64,000 nt of DNA from positions 186,001 through 250,000 of the IMG/VR virus record IMGVR_UViG_3300030419_008158. One strand, written 5' to 3'. The position numbers and the translations under genes are program-made. The notes under the pieces were generated by a model. It searched no databases. It was not told where the DNA came from and saw nothing but the letters and a program-made list of their open reading frames with translations. Shown piece by piece: positions 63,170-64,000 of this stretch. Each line of letters begins with the position of its first letter. Positions within the stretch are counted from its first letter, which is position 1.

Positions 63170-64000
63170 TCATATGCTTATTTCGACAATCCTCATTGGC
63201 GTCGCAATATATTCATTCCATAGACTGGTTCGAACTTCCCCGTCGCATGTATCAAGCTCATAGCAAATATTGTTCTTGTCTCGTCCCGGGTATTCTAGTC
63301 GAAGCAAATTACATGCTCGGCGCCCATTATCAACTGCATACGACTTAATGTCAGATCTAAATCCAGCTCTAACATTACCGACTAGAGTTAGGATTATGTT
63401 TGACTCTTTTCTAAAGAAAGGCCTTTCAGCAGTCGTAAAGCAAGAAATGTCAAAAGTTTGCCCGGATGCTATTGACTTTTGAATTCTTTCCACACCCGAA
63501 AGTGTTGTATAGTGAAAAAGTTTTTTTGGATTGTGTGTGCTTCCGTATAGCTGTGTTGTAAACTCATCATCAAGAAGGACATAAGGCTCCATGTCCCCCC
63601 TGGAATAAAAGTAAGCAAACTTTAAATTCTCGATATCTGGAAAATAGCTTCCAAAATCTCTCTCAAATGACCAGAACCTGTGATTGACAAAGTCTTCAAT
63701 GAAGTCGTAAACATTCTTGACTGTAAGAAGATCGTATCTAGGCACTTCGACATTGAGCTGAAATGAAAAGTATTTTTCAATCAACGCTCTTGCTTCATGA
63801 ATCTCTTGAGTTTCACACGAGTCAGGATGCTTGCAGCTAATCTCTCCACCCCTTGAATCTATTCCTACTTCTTGAAGCTTCAACATTTGCACAACAAAGT
63901 CTTCCCACTGAGCAAGCGTAAAAAAAGATGAAGCTGGCTTAAAATAGCCTAACACTCTTTTTTCTTCTTTTATAGCTTCTTTGATAAATTCATGTAGCAT
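63170..64000 (-). CDS. leader-bearing protein with possible ART-like C-domain (start at window edge)
   Basis: MLHEFIKEAIKEE; LFHYTT...ISCFT...G.V....D...WNEYI. Confidence 0.65.
   Translation of the reverse strand: MLHEFIKEAIKEEKRVLGYFKPASSFFTLAQWEDFVVQMLKLQEVGIDSRGGEISCKHPDSCETQEIHEARALIEKYFSFQLNVEVPRYDLLTVKNVYDFIEDFVNHRFWSFERDFGSYFPDIENLKFAYFYSRGDMEPYVLLDDEFTTQLYGSTHNPKKLFHYTTLSGVERIQKSIASGQTFDISCFTTAERPFFRKESNIILTLVGNVRAGFRSDIKSYAVDNGRRACNLLRLEYPGRDKNNICYELDTCDGEVRTSLWNEYIATPMRIVEISI

Noticed and set aside
1-64000. Cellular chromosome, or a recoded genetic code
   Set aside because: Single-strand gene packing, many tiny ORFs, scattered lone metabolic genes, lysins and phage-style promoters indicate a phage; conserved enzymes are full length in code 11 and all three stop codons are used

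Overview
Gene-dense 64-kb segment of a large (jumbo-type) tailed dsDNA phage genome in standard code 11. About 125 CDS, all but four on the minus strand. No capsid, terminase or polymerase genes fall in the window. Contents: (i) two families of otherwise unrelated proteins sharing short N-terminal leaders (MKITKRQLRRIIKEE-type at 1-4.5 kb; MKLLREYIRxLLxE-type at 33-44 kb and 63-64 kb). The leaders resemble T4 capsid-targeting/prohead-protease signals and sit on ART-like, GNAT, transglutaminase-like, zincin and ParB-like domains, sometimes as apparent polyproteins. (ii) A GC-rich block of promoter-gene-terminator cassettes (RadA-like ATPase, MoxR-type AAA+, VWA/metallopeptidase). (iii) About 30 hypervariable 'MKVGDLV' SH3/KOW-like mini-genes, many joined by a conserved overlapping junction. 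(iv) Auxiliary genes: purA, pckA, KamA-family, IscA/NfuA-like, MgtC, HD alarmone hydrolase-like, tubulin/FtsZ-like, tilS, and a sugar/radical-SAM cluster. (v) RNA genes: tmRNA, 8 tRNAs that all serve A-ending codons, a tRNA-like RNA with a ~106-nt structured insert in its anticodon arm, and an adjacent ~185-nt candidate ncRNA. Two promoter classes are visible: GTGTAA-N17-TATAAT and ATA(C/T)TTA. The host is inferred, not shown, to be a high-GC bacterium, possibly Myxococcota/deltaproteobacterial. All function calls are motif-based by eye; no searches were run.
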